From contig JAANOX010000088.1 in assembly GCA_020184695.1 (NCBI GenBank), positions 22,640 through 86,639 of the forward strand: DNA of 64,000 nucleotides. The letters are read 5' to 3'. The position numbers and the translations under genes were made by a program. The DNA comes from Histomonas meleagridis 2922-C6/04-290x (taxonomy: Eukaryota > Protista > Parabasalia). Every line of letters starts with the position of its first letter. Position 1 is the stretch's first letter. The notes beneath the pieces are model-generated. The model saw only the letters and a list, made by a program, of their open reading frames with translations. It was not told the DNA's origin and did no database searches. This document shows, in pieces, positions 41,809-52,010 of the stretch.

Positions 41809-44301
41809 TCAGTTTTCTCTTAAAGATTCTTTCTTTAATTGGTTAAGGCGTTTCTTTAATGAAATATTAATTTCTTTTTGTCTTTCGATTTGCGATATCA
41901 GTTTATTTCTTTCTATAAGTTGAGGGATTTCACTTAATTTGAATTCTTTACTAATTTTAGTTGGAATATTATAACTAAATTCATTTTTACTTTTGAAATT
42001 TTTTTGAAGAGTTTTGTTTTGTTTCTGTGTGTTTTTCATCAAATATTTATATTTCCATAAAGCAAATGCTTTAGATATTTGAGAAAAATTTGGTAATATT
42101 TTATAATTCATTTTGGCATCTAATGAAGAATCAGATGTACTAATATTTTTATATGCAAATTTAAGAATTGATTTAGGTAATTCTTTTTCAGATTTGAAAT
42201 CGTCAAATTCACTTGATTGACTGGGATTCACATAGAAAATAGGAATGGAAGTTGTTAAATCACTTTCAACAAGAGATTCTCCACGAGATGCAAAGAATTT
42301 TTCATCTGTACTGTATATTGATTTATTATTAAAAACTATTTTTTTGTCATTTAAAGAAATTCCTTCTTCTTTTTGTTCATCATTTGAAATAATAATTGAA
42401 GAATCATTTTGTATTTGATTCTCATTTGATTTTTCCTTATTGATTTGATTAGATTCGAAATTTCGAGGGAAATTAATTTCGTTTTTCTTATGATCTAATT
42501 TGATTTTAGACATTTTCGTATCATCATTTTTTTCTATTCCATTGATACATTCATTTTCTTTATTTGGTTCATCTTGTACTTTTTTATTTGATGCTAACTC
42601 ATTAACATTTTTTAATATGTCATTAGCTTTTATGTCTTCATTATTTTCCTTGTTTATTTTTGAGTTAATAATATACTCATTTTTTTTGTTTAATTCATTT
42701 TGTTCTTTTCTGTTTATTAATGAATCACCAGTTGTTTCATTTTGTTCTTTTTTATTTATTGATAATTGTTTTGAAATAAATTCTGCAAAACTTTCAATGC
42801 TTTTATTATGTCTTTCATTTGAATTTGTATCACCAATATTATTTCCTTTCGATTCATTCTGTTCATTTATATTTGTCACATTTTTGTTCACTAAATTGAT
42901 TTTTTTCTCATTTAATTCATTTTGCTCTTTTGTGTTTTTTGCAGTTTTTATATTATTTTTATTATTTGGTGAAACAAAATCATTAATAGATTCATTTTTC
43001 TCGTTCGATTTAATTTTTTCTTTTTTATTCATTTTAATATTAACTTCACTTATGTTTTCTTTATCTTTCTTTTTTCCTTTTTTAGCTGCTATTGATTCTT
43101 TGGAAAATATATTATCATCATTTTGATTAGTCAAATTATTTACAAAATATTCATTGTTTTGATTTGACTCATTTTCTTCTTTTTTCTTTATATATATTTC
43201 TTTGATAACATTTGAATTTTTGCTCAATTTATTTTTTGACATATTATAAAGATGATCATCTTTATCATAATCAGATTTATGTTCTTTTGCATCATAATTT
43301 ATTTGGAATTTTTGACTCATCTTGCTTAAATCCTTTGAGTTTATATTTTCTGGTGGAGTCAAATTATCTTCAATTATATCATTATTATTATTATCATTAT
43401 TTTTCATATATTGATTTGGAATTTCATCAGAAACCTTTTTATCACCATTCGTCTTTGAATTTATTATTGAACTATTAATTAAATCAGTGAAATTATGAGA
43501 AATTGGAGTAAAAGATTGATCAATACCAATTGTATGAAGAAATGAATCGAAAGTATTTTGGACGATTGGAATAAAATCCTTAAGATTTGTACATTTTTGC
43601 ATTTGCGAAATCAAAATTTTCAAAGTTTCAGTTTGATATTTTTGGTGGATTAATGATTGAAGCAAATTATGCGATTTTTTAATAGTTTTGTTTATAAGAA
43701 ACAAAAAATATTTTGAGGTGGTTGTTGTGCATGATTTTTTACGTGTTTTATTTATATATTTAATGATGAATTTTGGATCTTTAAGATATAGTCTTTTAAT
43801 ACAATTACATTTGTTCAAAATATTTTTACTGCCAAAATTATTATTTAGAGCTTTTGTTACTATTTTAGCATTAATTATGTATTGGTAAAAATTACTTTCG
43901 ATATCAATATAAAATCGAAAATCTGATTTTTTAAATTTTTTGAAAATATCTTGAACTTTTTCCCCATTGATTACATTTAATCTCGGACTGATGTACATCA
44001 GATAAATACGCCATAATGGTAGTTTACATAAAGGATTTCCTTCCAAATGAATCACAGATAAAAACTTTAAATTTATAAGAGGAAATAAATCTTCAATATA
44101 CCTAAGGTCATTGTATGCTATAAGAAGTGTTGAAAGTTGTTTGAATTGCACTATGTTAGATAAATCTGAAATTGAATTATAAGAAACATATAATGACATA
44201 CAATACTCCTTGTCAGGAATAAAATCAATTACCTTTAATCCACATCCAGTTGCACGAATGCATAATGGATGATCCGAAGGCCTAAAATTTTTGCTCAGCA
44301 T
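41809..44301 (-). CDS. N-terminal SDS22-type LRR protein with a long Asn/Lys/Glu-rich low-complexity region
   Basis: LYVSYNSISDL, LLIAYNDLRYI, LEGNPLC LRR-cap. Confidence 0.75.
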   Translation of the reverse strand: MLSKNFRPSDHPLCIRATGCGLKVIDFIPDKEYCMSLYVSYNSISDLSNIVQFKQLSTLLIAYNDLRYIEDLFPLINLKFLSVIHLEGNPLCKLPLWRIYLMYISPRLNVINGEKVQDIFKKFKKSDFRFYIDIESNFYQYIINAKIVTKALNNNFGSKNILNKCNCIKRLYLKDPKFIIKYINKTRKKSCTTTTSKYFLFLINKTIKKSHNLLQSLIHQKYQTETLKILISQMQKCTNLKDFIPIVQNTFDSFLHTIGIDQSFTPISHNFTDLINSSIINSKTNGDKKVSDEIPNQYMKNNDNNNNDIIEDNLTPPENINSKDLSKMSQKFQINYDAKEHKSDYDKDDHLYNMSKNKLSKNSNVIKEIYIKKKEENESNQNNEYFVNNLTNQNDDNIFSKESIAAKKGKKKDKENISEVNIKMNKKEKIKSNEKNESINDFVSPNNKNNIKTAKNTKEQNELNEKKINLVNKNVTNINEQNESKGNNIGDTNSNERHNKSIESFAEFISKQLSINKKEQNETTGDSLINRKEQNELNKKNEYIINSKINKENNEDIKANDILKNVNELASNKKVQDEPNKENECINGIEKNDDTKMSKIKLDHKKNEINFPRNFESNQINKEKSNENQIQNDSSIIISNDEQKEEGISLNDKKIVFNNKSIYSTDEKFFASRGESLVESDLTTSIPIFYVNPSQSSEFDDFKSEKELPKSILKFAYKNISTSDSSLDAKMNYKILPNFSQISKAFALWKYKYLMKNTQKQNKTLQKNFKSKNEFSYNIPTKISKEFKLSEIPQLIERNKLISQIERQKEINISLKKRLNQLKKESLREN

Positions 44302-44359
44302 TTCCTAACGTACAAAGTTCTTCAAAATTCAATTTCATTCAAAAAGTTTTAAAACAGTT

Positions 44360-46456
44360 TTATTCTTTGCTTTTCATATCTCTGTAGAACAATATGAGCT
44401 TTTGCTGAACGCTTGTAAGATGCTGGAAATATTCATCCATTTCTTCACCAAACTTCAAAATTAATTCAACAAAGCAAAAGACAGCAGATTTCCTCAGTTC
44501 CACAATTTCATCATTTAAGAAAGCTAAAAGTACTTCAACTACACTTGGCAATTGAGGTAAAATCTGTTCTGCGTTTCCTTCATTCACAATGAAAGCAATT
44601 TCATTTAGAAGATTGCGATTTAATTGTGGCTGATCAGAATCCAAAAAGCTTAATACATTACTGATAATTTCATCATTACTTATCGTCGATATCATATATT
44701 GCAATAGTTTCTTTGCACCTTTAACTCTCCGGTTTCGAAGGTTTTCAGATGCTACAACTAAGAATTGTGAATATGAGTCATTATTTTTTGATTTCAGAAT
44801 ATCAATAATTAAATCAAATAAAACATTTTTCTCATTTGTCTGGGAAATTGATTCAACTATTTCTGTATAAAGAATATCTCTTTCTTCATTCCATTGATCT
44901 TCCTCAACCGCCGAAACATATTCTCTAATTTCTTCAACCCATGCAGAAACATCTCTTTGATTGAATGATGTTTGATCATCTTCTTGAGGTACATCTAAAA
45001 TAGCTTGTTTAACAAAATCATCTTCAACAGTTGCAATAAAATCAGGATTTTTTTTGTTCATTTCTTGAACAATTTTTGTTGCAGCAGCTTTTTCTTCATT
45101 TGAAAACTCTAAAACCATTTCTATCAAAGATTCACAAAGATCACCATTCCTTAAATCAGAGTCAGCATGTTGTATAATTTCAGCAAGATATGGAATCATT
45201 TTGGGTGTTGACCTCAAATGATTTAAATCATATAATATGGTGTTTGGATCATACATCGACTGAATATCTTTGAGGAGGTCATCATATGAATCATTATTAA
45301 AAATAACTTTGAAGATTTGTGGTAATATTATTTCAAAGTCTTTAGGAAATGTTTCAATAAGGTTCTTAATGATATACATAGACCTGCGAACATTTGATTC
45401 ATTATTCATAACAAGAAGAGTTCCTAAGCCCGATACAACTTTTTGAATACATTCGGATAGCTCTGATTGGCGGTTATTTTTGATGAAGTTTTCAATTGTT
45501 GATAAGAATTCGTCTTCACGTCCATGAATAAGTGTAATGTTGAACTTATCATCAACTTTATTAGATTTCATCGGAAGTGGTGACTTACTTCTTCTAATTT
45601 CAGTATTATTAAAAGTCTTTTTGAAAGATTTTGGAGCGCTAGGGTTACGAAAACCTTTTCTTTTTGGTAAAAAAGAGCGCTTTTTTATAGGTGACTGTTG
45701 AATATGTTTCTTCATTCTGGAATCAAGGTTATCAATAAAATCAGACTGTAGTTCGGGACGCTTCTGAAGGAATGAAGTGGTTGAATCACGAGCTATTTGT
45801 CTAGTTTCTTGTTGAGAATCGTTGAGGAGTTTTAAAAGTGCGTTTTTAATGCCATCAATGTGCTGGTCAATTAAATTATCTTCCCAATTTTTTATAATTA
45901 TCCCAAGTGATTCACAACCGATTTTTCTGTTTGCGGGTGATTTCATGGTTGTTAATTGGAAAACTGATGATATAATTTTTTTAGTATGACAGTATTTTAC
46001 TATGTTTATAATAGTATGTTTGCAACTGTCAGCAATTATTTGAGTTCCATTTGATGTTTGAGATGAAAGAGGAATAATAATTTCACCTAAATAATCAAAT
46101 TTAGTACCAAGTTCACGGGCAAGCTGAGTAAGAAATAAACATGAGGTTTTTACAAGTTTTGACCTTAGATTTTTTGATGCTTCGACAAGTTCAGGACCTA
46201 TTTTATTTAATTCTTTTATTACAGAATCATAATTTAATAACCCTCCATTTACGAGTCCCATTCCACGATTAATACCTTTGACTTGATCATCCCAATCTCT
46301 GTTTTTGTTAATAACTTTTACAAGATAATCAAATTCATTTGATGCTTGATTTTGATTTTGAACAATAATTGGATCTACATCATTACCAGCATTATCAAAC
46401 ATTTCTTTTATCTGTTGAGATATGGAAGGTGAATTTTCTTTTATCCTGTGAGACAT
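44360..46456 (-). CDS. CLASP/Stu1-like TOG-domain microtubule regulator
   Basis: DWDDQVKG, NLRSKLVKTSC, QIIADSC, DSQQETRQIAR, ELRKSAVFCFV. Start set at ATG 46456. Confidence 0.85.
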   Translation of the reverse strand: MSHRIKENSPSISQQIKEMFDNAGNDVDPIIVQNQNQASNEFDYLVKVINKNRDWDDQVKGINRGMGLVNGGLLNYDSVIKELNKIGPELVEASKNLRSKLVKTSCLFLTQLARELGTKFDYLGEIIIPLSSQTSNGTQIIADSCKHTIINIVKYCHTKKIISSVFQLTTMKSPANRKIGCESLGIIIKNWEDNLIDQHIDGIKNALLKLLNDSQQETRQIARDSTTSFLQKRPELQSDFIDNLDSRMKKHIQQSPIKKRSFLPKRKGFRNPSAPKSFKKTFNNTEIRRSKSPLPMKSNKVDDKFNITLIHGREDEFLSTIENFIKNNRQSELSECIQKVVSGLGTLLVMNNESNVRRSMYIIKNLIETFPKDFEIILPQIFKVIFNNDSYDDLLKDIQSMYDPNTILYDLNHLRSTPKMIPYLAEIIQHADSDLRNGDLCESLIEMVLEFSNEEKAAATKIVQEMNKKNPDFIATVEDDFVKQAILDVPQEDDQTSFNQRDVSAWVEEIREYVSAVEEDQWNEERDILYTEIVESISQTNEKNVLFDLIIDILKSKNNDSYSQFLVVASENLRNRRVKGAKKLLQYMISTISNDEIISNVLSFLDSDQPQLNRNLLNEIAFIVNEGNAEQILPQLPSVVEVLLAFLNDEIVELRKSAVFCFVELILKFGEEMDEYFQHLTSVQQKLILFYRDMKSKE

Positions 46457-46560
46457 TTTTAACGATAGAATTTGATAGGAAAACCACCGAACGTTTATAA
46501 TTAAAAAAAAAAAAAAAACGTATTCCAAAGAATTTCTTATTTATTTTTTAAACTATTAAT

Positions 46561-47733
46561 TTATTCACCAACATATATTACATCAAGTTGCATTAATTGG
46601 CATTCAACAGGATTACTTGGATCCAGAATCATACCTAAACTTGGTCTTGTTCTTCCAAAATCAGAATTTACAAATTCTTTGATATATGTTCCACTACTCG
46701 TTCTTAATCTTAAAAGAAAGAAGTTTGCACAAATTCTTTGTGTTACCATTTTTAATATTGTTTTTTCTCTGTACATCATTTCCCTCCTGTGTGCTACTCT
46801 TGAAGGAGTTTTTTGTTGAATTGTTAAATTTTCGATAGAGTCGATTTCATTTAACATTTCATCTGTGATGTTTCTTGAACAGCATACAACACATTGATAT
46901 TCTTTGACGTGTTTTGGTTGCATATCTGGAATCTGCATTGTGGCTTGAAGATCATAGGCGCTAACACCATAGTTACAGATTATTGAAGTGGGAATTTCTT
47001 CCTGAAAACTTTGTAAAAATTGTTGTTTGCTGAGAGGTGCAGGTTTGTTTTCATCAGGAACTGGATTAAGGAAAGTTAAAGAAAATGGTCGACCAGAACC
47101 AATCATCCTCACATCCATATCTTCGCGACCAGCACTTTGAAACTTGATATCTGTGCACTTAATGTGCCCATTAAAAGCATAAATTAATTCTGCTTCAACT
47201 GATGAAACAGGTTGAACACCTGGCATAAATCTTGCATGTGAAACACGGCGGGATTCCTTAATATATCTTCCTGTAATATAAAGAGTAGGCCAGTGTAATT
47301 CACATGATATTTTATTTTTATTTGTGATTGTAACTCGGAGGAGAGGCCCGTCTTTTGATCTTCTAAGATTTAATAGAAGAATTGCCTTAATATAATTTTT
47401 TAAGTTACAAGATGGCTGACAATTGAATTCAATCATAAGGTCTTTGTCTTTATTTATTAATCCAGCTGGAATTTCGATTTGTATATCATAAAAACTATAC
47501 CTAGAAATAGCTTTTTTGCATTCTTCTATAATTTTTGGGATAGATGTCAGAATTCCACTGCAAGCAGAACAGTTATGTGAATATTTGTCAACAATATTAT
47601 ATTCTGATAGTTCAGATTTCCCAATGCTTAAAATTCGAAGAATGCATTGAAGGCAAAAATGGCGATCAAGAAGATTTTGAATTTCAATAGGAATTGATTT
47701 GTTTTGTGTTTCAGAGGATTGAAACAGCCCCAT
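46561..47733 (-). CDS. PUS10: tRNA pseudouridine synthase Pus10
   Basis: GRYIKESRRVSH, SAGREDMDVRMIGSGRPF, QKTPSRVAHRR, GTYIKEFV, GRTRPSL, LDV. Confidence 0.92.
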   Translation of the reverse strand: MGLFQSSETQNKSIPIEIQNLLDRHFCLQCILRILSIGKSELSEYNIVDKYSHNCSACSGILTSIPKIIEECKKAISRYSFYDIQIEIPAGLINKDKDLMIEFNCQPSCNLKNYIKAILLLNLRRSKDGPLLRVTITNKNKISCELHWPTLYITGRYIKESRRVSHARFMPGVQPVSSVEAELIYAFNGHIKCTDIKFQSAGREDMDVRMIGSGRPFSLTFLNPVPDENKPAPLSKQQFLQSFQEEIPTSIICNYGVSAYDLQATMQIPDMQPKHVKEYQCVVCCSRNITDEMLNEIDSIENLTIQQKTPSRVAHRREMMYREKTILKMVTQRICANFFLLRLRTSSGTYIKEFVNSDFGRTRPSLGMILDPSNPVECQLMQLDVIYVGE

Positions 47734-47775
47734 TAACTATTGTAATTGCTAAGCGGTTAAAAAAAATCAAAAAAA

Positions 47776-47847
47776 GGGGCAATCCGGGAATTGAACCCGG
47801 GACCTCACGCACCCTAAGCGTGAATCATTCCACTAGACCAATTGCCC
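47776..47847 (-). tRNA. tRNA-Pro (AGG)
   Basis: GGGCAAT/ATTGCCC acceptor stem; CACGC-TTAGGGT-GCGTG anticodon arm; GTTCAA T-loop; followed by a T tract; 72 nt. Confidence 0.95.
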
Positions 47848-47975
47848 TATCTGAGAACAGACTTAAAAATCATGTTTTCATATTGATAAAGAATATTTAT
47901 AGAACAAAATTCAACAAATATTTTTATTATATAAAATTCTTAGTATAATTTATAATAAAAATTTAATAAGTCTTT

Positions 47976-48536
47976 TTAATGAGTTGCAATTTCAAAGACA
48001 GTTTTCAAACCTGTGAGCTTGTGATATGCTGCTGAAAATGAGTTAAGGCGGTCTTCAACTCTTGTTTTATCATGCGAATCAAGTGTAACATATGTTGTAA
48101 GCTTTCCATCAAGACCATAGTGTGTGCGTTTGGCAACAATTGCTGTTGGATAAACGACATCATCAAGTAAACCCTCATGGACAGCACGAAGTGTACGACC
48201 AGCATTACGTATTGGCTTATAGCGACGACCTGGTTGTGGTGTCTTTGGAAAAGCACGACGTTTTGCAACGATAACAATTTGGGAATTTCCTAATTTCTTT
48301 TCAAGTTCAGGGATAATAATTCCTTGGATTTGATGGTAACCATTGATTTGCTTGTATGGAACCTCGATTATTATTACCTTGATACCGTTTGAATCAACTT
48401 CTTTGGCGCCAGTGATTTTGAGTGAATTCATAGATTTTTTGATACCTTCTTCTGCAGATGCTTTGATTTCATTAATTGCTGCAGCAACTTGTTGTTCAAG
48501 AGCAGTTGCTTCACCCTTCTTTTCGATGATGCTCAT
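47976..48536 (-). CDS. RPS7: 40S ribosomal protein eS7
   Basis: ELEKKLGNSQIVIVAKRR, RTLRAVHEGLLDDVVYP, YHKLTGLKTVFE. Start at ATG 48536. Confidence 0.95.
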   Translation of the reverse strand: MSIIEKKGEATALEQQVAAAINEIKASAEEGIKKSMNSLKITGAKEVDSNGIKVIIIEVPYKQINGYHQIQGIIIPELEKKLGNSQIVIVAKRRAFPKTPQPGRRYKPIRNAGRTLRAVHEGLLDDVVYPTAIVAKRTHYGLDGKLTTYVTLDSHDKTRVEDRLNSFSAAYHKLTGLKTVFEIATH

Positions 48537-48541
48537 TTGAA

Positions 48542-48566
48542 AAAGGAACAGCCAAAGATAACCGCC
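48542..48566 (-). promoter_or_regulatory. M3-like (GGCGGTT) and M5-like (CCTTT) core promoter elements of RPS7
   Basis: Order and spacing match T. vaginalis ribosomal-protein promoter motifs as I recall them. Confidence 0.65.
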
Positions 48567-48725
48567 AATGGCCGAGCAGACATTGTCAAAAAAATAAACC
48601 ACACAAATTTTACATAGTTTCAACTCTTGCTTATCAATCTAACAAGGATTTTTTCCAAGTAAAACCAATTGAATAGGAAAAAAGAATAATATGATGTTAT
48701 CAAAATTAAATCAGTTTTTTAATGT

Positions 48726-49148
48726 TTATTGACCTTCAAGAGCTTCCTTACGTTGTTGACGGCGAACCTTATGACGTTGTGCACGAACACCTGAACCCCA
48801 AACCTTAACCTTTTGCTTGCGTGTATTCTTACGCATACGGCGAGTAACTTTACTCTTTTCTGCAAGGCCAGCTTTGATAAGACGGTGCTTTGGTTCAATT
48901 GTTTTAAGAGCATCAAGATTATCATAGATAAGGCCAAAACCTGTTGTGCGACCACCTCCAAACTTTGTTTCTAATGAAAAGATAACGATTAAATCTTTGT
49001 TGGCTTTGAGTTGTTTAGCAACCAAATCCTTGATTTCATCACGAGTTGGTGCCCTGTTTCCTGGGTGTTTAAGATCTACAACGAATTGCTTGCGATCAAG
49101 TAATTTGTTTACAATGTATTTTCGAATGCGCATTGTAACTTTCGACAT
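48726..49148 (-). CDS. RPS24: 40S ribosomal protein eS24
   Basis: RIRKYIVNKLLDRKQFVVD..HPG, TKFGGGRTTGFGLIYD, EPKHRLIK. Start at ATG 49148. Confidence 0.95.
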   Translation of the reverse strand: MSKVTMRIRKYIVNKLLDRKQFVVDLKHPGNRAPTRDEIKDLVAKQLKANKDLIVIFSLETKFGGGRTTGFGLIYDNLDALKTIEPKHRLIKAGLAEKSKVTRRMRKNTRKQKVKVWGSGVRAQRHKVRRQQRKEALEGQ

Positions 49149-49154
49149 TCTCCA

Positions 49155-49173
49155 AAAGGCCATCCAAAACCGT
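49155..49173 (-). promoter_or_regulatory. M3-like (GACGGTT) and M5-like (CCTTT) core promoter elements of RPS24
   Basis: Same motif pair as upstream of RPS7. Confidence 0.65.
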
Positions 49174-49470
49174 CATCATATAACGATAGCACTTTTAATA
49201 AAAGTGACTTAATTTGCAAAAAATTATTTCACCAAGAATAAACAAAAGCATTTCTCAACTAGCAAACTCCCCTTTATTATTATAACATAAATTTTTTCTG
49301 ATAGGATTTTTTTGTTAAAGTGTCATTATTAGTAAGTTTCGATTATTTTTTATGACAAATAAGTTAGCGTTTTTAATGATAATTTATCCTTTATAAGCTA
49401 AAATGATATCTAAATATATTTTATTCAACAAAGCAACCTTCAAATTGCAGAATATGAAATTCTGAAATAA

Positions 49471-51651
49471 TCATTTGTTTTCAAGTAAATTAAATATTTC
49501 ATTATTATCATTTTTACGTGCGATAATTTGTGCTGTTTCATATGTTTTTGGTGAATTCCAAATATTATTTTTAAACAAAAAGTTATTACGATGAATATTA
49601 AATATGTCAAAAAAACATTTTTGATATTGATATCAATATCAATACCTTTTTGTTCAAGAAGTAATTTAACTATTTCTTTATATCCATTTGCTGATGCAAC
49701 CATAAGTGCTGTGAAAAATTTATTGAAAAATCTCCAAACTTTATTTAGAAACTTCAAATAACTAAAATAAAATTCAAACAAAAGAAAAAAATATCTCTGG
49801 CATTAATATCAATTCCTTTTTGCTCTAGAAGAAATTTAACTATTTCTTTATCACCTTTTGTTGATGCAATCATAAGCGCTGTGTTAAATAGTTCAAATAA
49901 TTTCCGAATATTATATATAATTCCAATCCCATATTAACAAATCAAAAATTAAATAAGTAAATATCTGTAGCATTTACATCAATTCCTTTTTGCCCAAGAA
50001 GTAATGTAGCTATCGAAAAGCGCTTAGTATCAATTACTTTCATAAGATTTGTCCAAAACAATTTAAATAAATCCCAAAAATTATGGTAAAGTCAAATATT
50101 ATTTTAACAAATAATCAATCAAACAAATATACATCTCTAGAATTAATATTAAATCCTTCATGTGCAAGAAGTAATTTAACTATATCTGTATCTTTATCAT
50201 TTGCATATAAAAGTGCTGTATCAAATAATTTAAACAATTTCCTAATATTATTTTAAAATTTCATAAAAATAAATTAAATATCAAATAAAACAAATAAATA
50301 TCTTTTGCATTAATATCAATTCCTTCTTGTTCAAGAAGTAATTTAACTATTTTTATATACCCCAATGAAACAGCTATCATTAGTGCATTTTGAAATAATA
50401 AGAAAAATTTTTACGTTTTATTATGAAATATCAAAATATTAAAATAAATTTCATAAAAGATAAACTTATATTTTTAGTATTAACATCAATTCCTTGTTCT
50501 AAAATGTATTTTACAAGTTCAATATTTCCTGATTCTGATGAAAATATCAAAATATCTTTTGGTATTGTATTAAATTCAAGAAAATACTTTGTAAGAAAAA
50601 TATTTCCAATTTTTGCTGATTCATTAATTATATCATTATTAATTTTCATTCCTTCTTTTGTCAAAAATGAAAAAAGTTCATAATTATGATGTAAAACACA
50701 TTTCTTTCCTAATTCTTCTAGATCATTAATTTTAGCGATTTTATTTTCATAAAGATATTTAAAGATATTGTTATGATGAAATTCAATTGCTGTTTCATAT
50801 GCATCTTTAAATGTTGAGTGATTTTGTTCACATAAATGAATGATTTCTTCATTTCCGCCTGCAATTGCATATTTACCTGTATTAAATGCATTTGCACCAT
50901 TCATAATTAAGTATTTAAAACATTTAACAGAAGAAAAAAATGCTGCATAATCAATTAATGTAACATTATAATCATTAACAAATGAACATCTTTCATAAAG
51001 TGATGGTTTAATTTTTTGATTAAAATCAAAATTTATTTGCGTTGATATTTCTTGAAGTTTTTCTATTTCATCATTTCGAATTATTTTTGCAATCTCATTT
51101 GGATTATGTCCTTCTTTGATTAATTTCTTATGAAGTTCCCAATCATTCTTTGATAGTTCTTCATAATTTTCTTCAATTTCTTTCGTGTATCGGAAATTTT
51201 TTGCTTCTTTTTCTGAAATATAGTGTGCAAAGTATGAACTATTTTGTTTTTGTACAATTTTTACATCAAAAAATTTATTTTCAACCATTTTATTAAGTAT
51301 ATAAAATGATTCTCCTGTGCATTTATGAAGAAGATAATGAGAGAACACATTAAATATTTTCGATTTGCTTTTTTTATGTAACTCTAATATTGTCATTTCC
51401 TTAATAAAATCAGAATAAATTTCATCATCATCTTTCATTTTTATAACAAAAACATTGTATATCATTTGTACAATAATTGTATTAAAAGATATTGAATCAT
51501 CATAATGATTTTGATAAATTAATTTTGCTGATTCTCGAGTATTTTCTTTATTAAGGCCAAAGACAATACTACTAATTGATGTAAGTGTATCCAATTCATT
51601 CTGAAAATTTTCATTTATTTTTTTTTCCTCTTTTGGTTTTCTTTCATTCAT
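49471..51651 (-). CDS. Ankyrin locus B: DUF3447 head plus ankyrin array interrupted by six 80-nt spacers (24 putative 17-nt intervening segments)
   Basis: The intact head ORF 50431-51651 stops inside the first spacer. Removing the 17-nt segments gives one continuous ORF ending in EIFNLLENK* (TGA 49471-49473). Confidence 0.8.
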
Positions 51652-52010
51652 ATAACAAAAGTGACAGAAATATTTGAATACTTTGTATATATAAATTGTC
51701 CTTTTTTAGAGGAATCTTGAATTCTTACAACAAATAGTTTCCCGGAAAATTAATTTAAAAAATAAAATATGACAAAGTTTTAATTAAAAATGTCATAAAT
51801 GTGATATACATATAAAAATGTTCAATTATATTTTTAAATATTTCTTCTGACAACTGTTTCAAAAGAAAGGAGAAATATTATTTGTCAACTCATTTTAATT
51901 TTAATGGTAATTTTGGTATAGGTGTAAGAAAAAATTAGAGAAATTACAAATGAAAAACTTTTTAGCGGAGAAACAGATTCTGGGTGTGTTAAACAAATTT
52001 GAATTGAAAG

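Noticed and set aside
42500-43126. 208-aa Phe/Leu/Ser-rich plus-strand ORF
   Set aside because: It is the antisense shadow of the Asn/Lys/Glu-rich region of the 41809-44301 gene.
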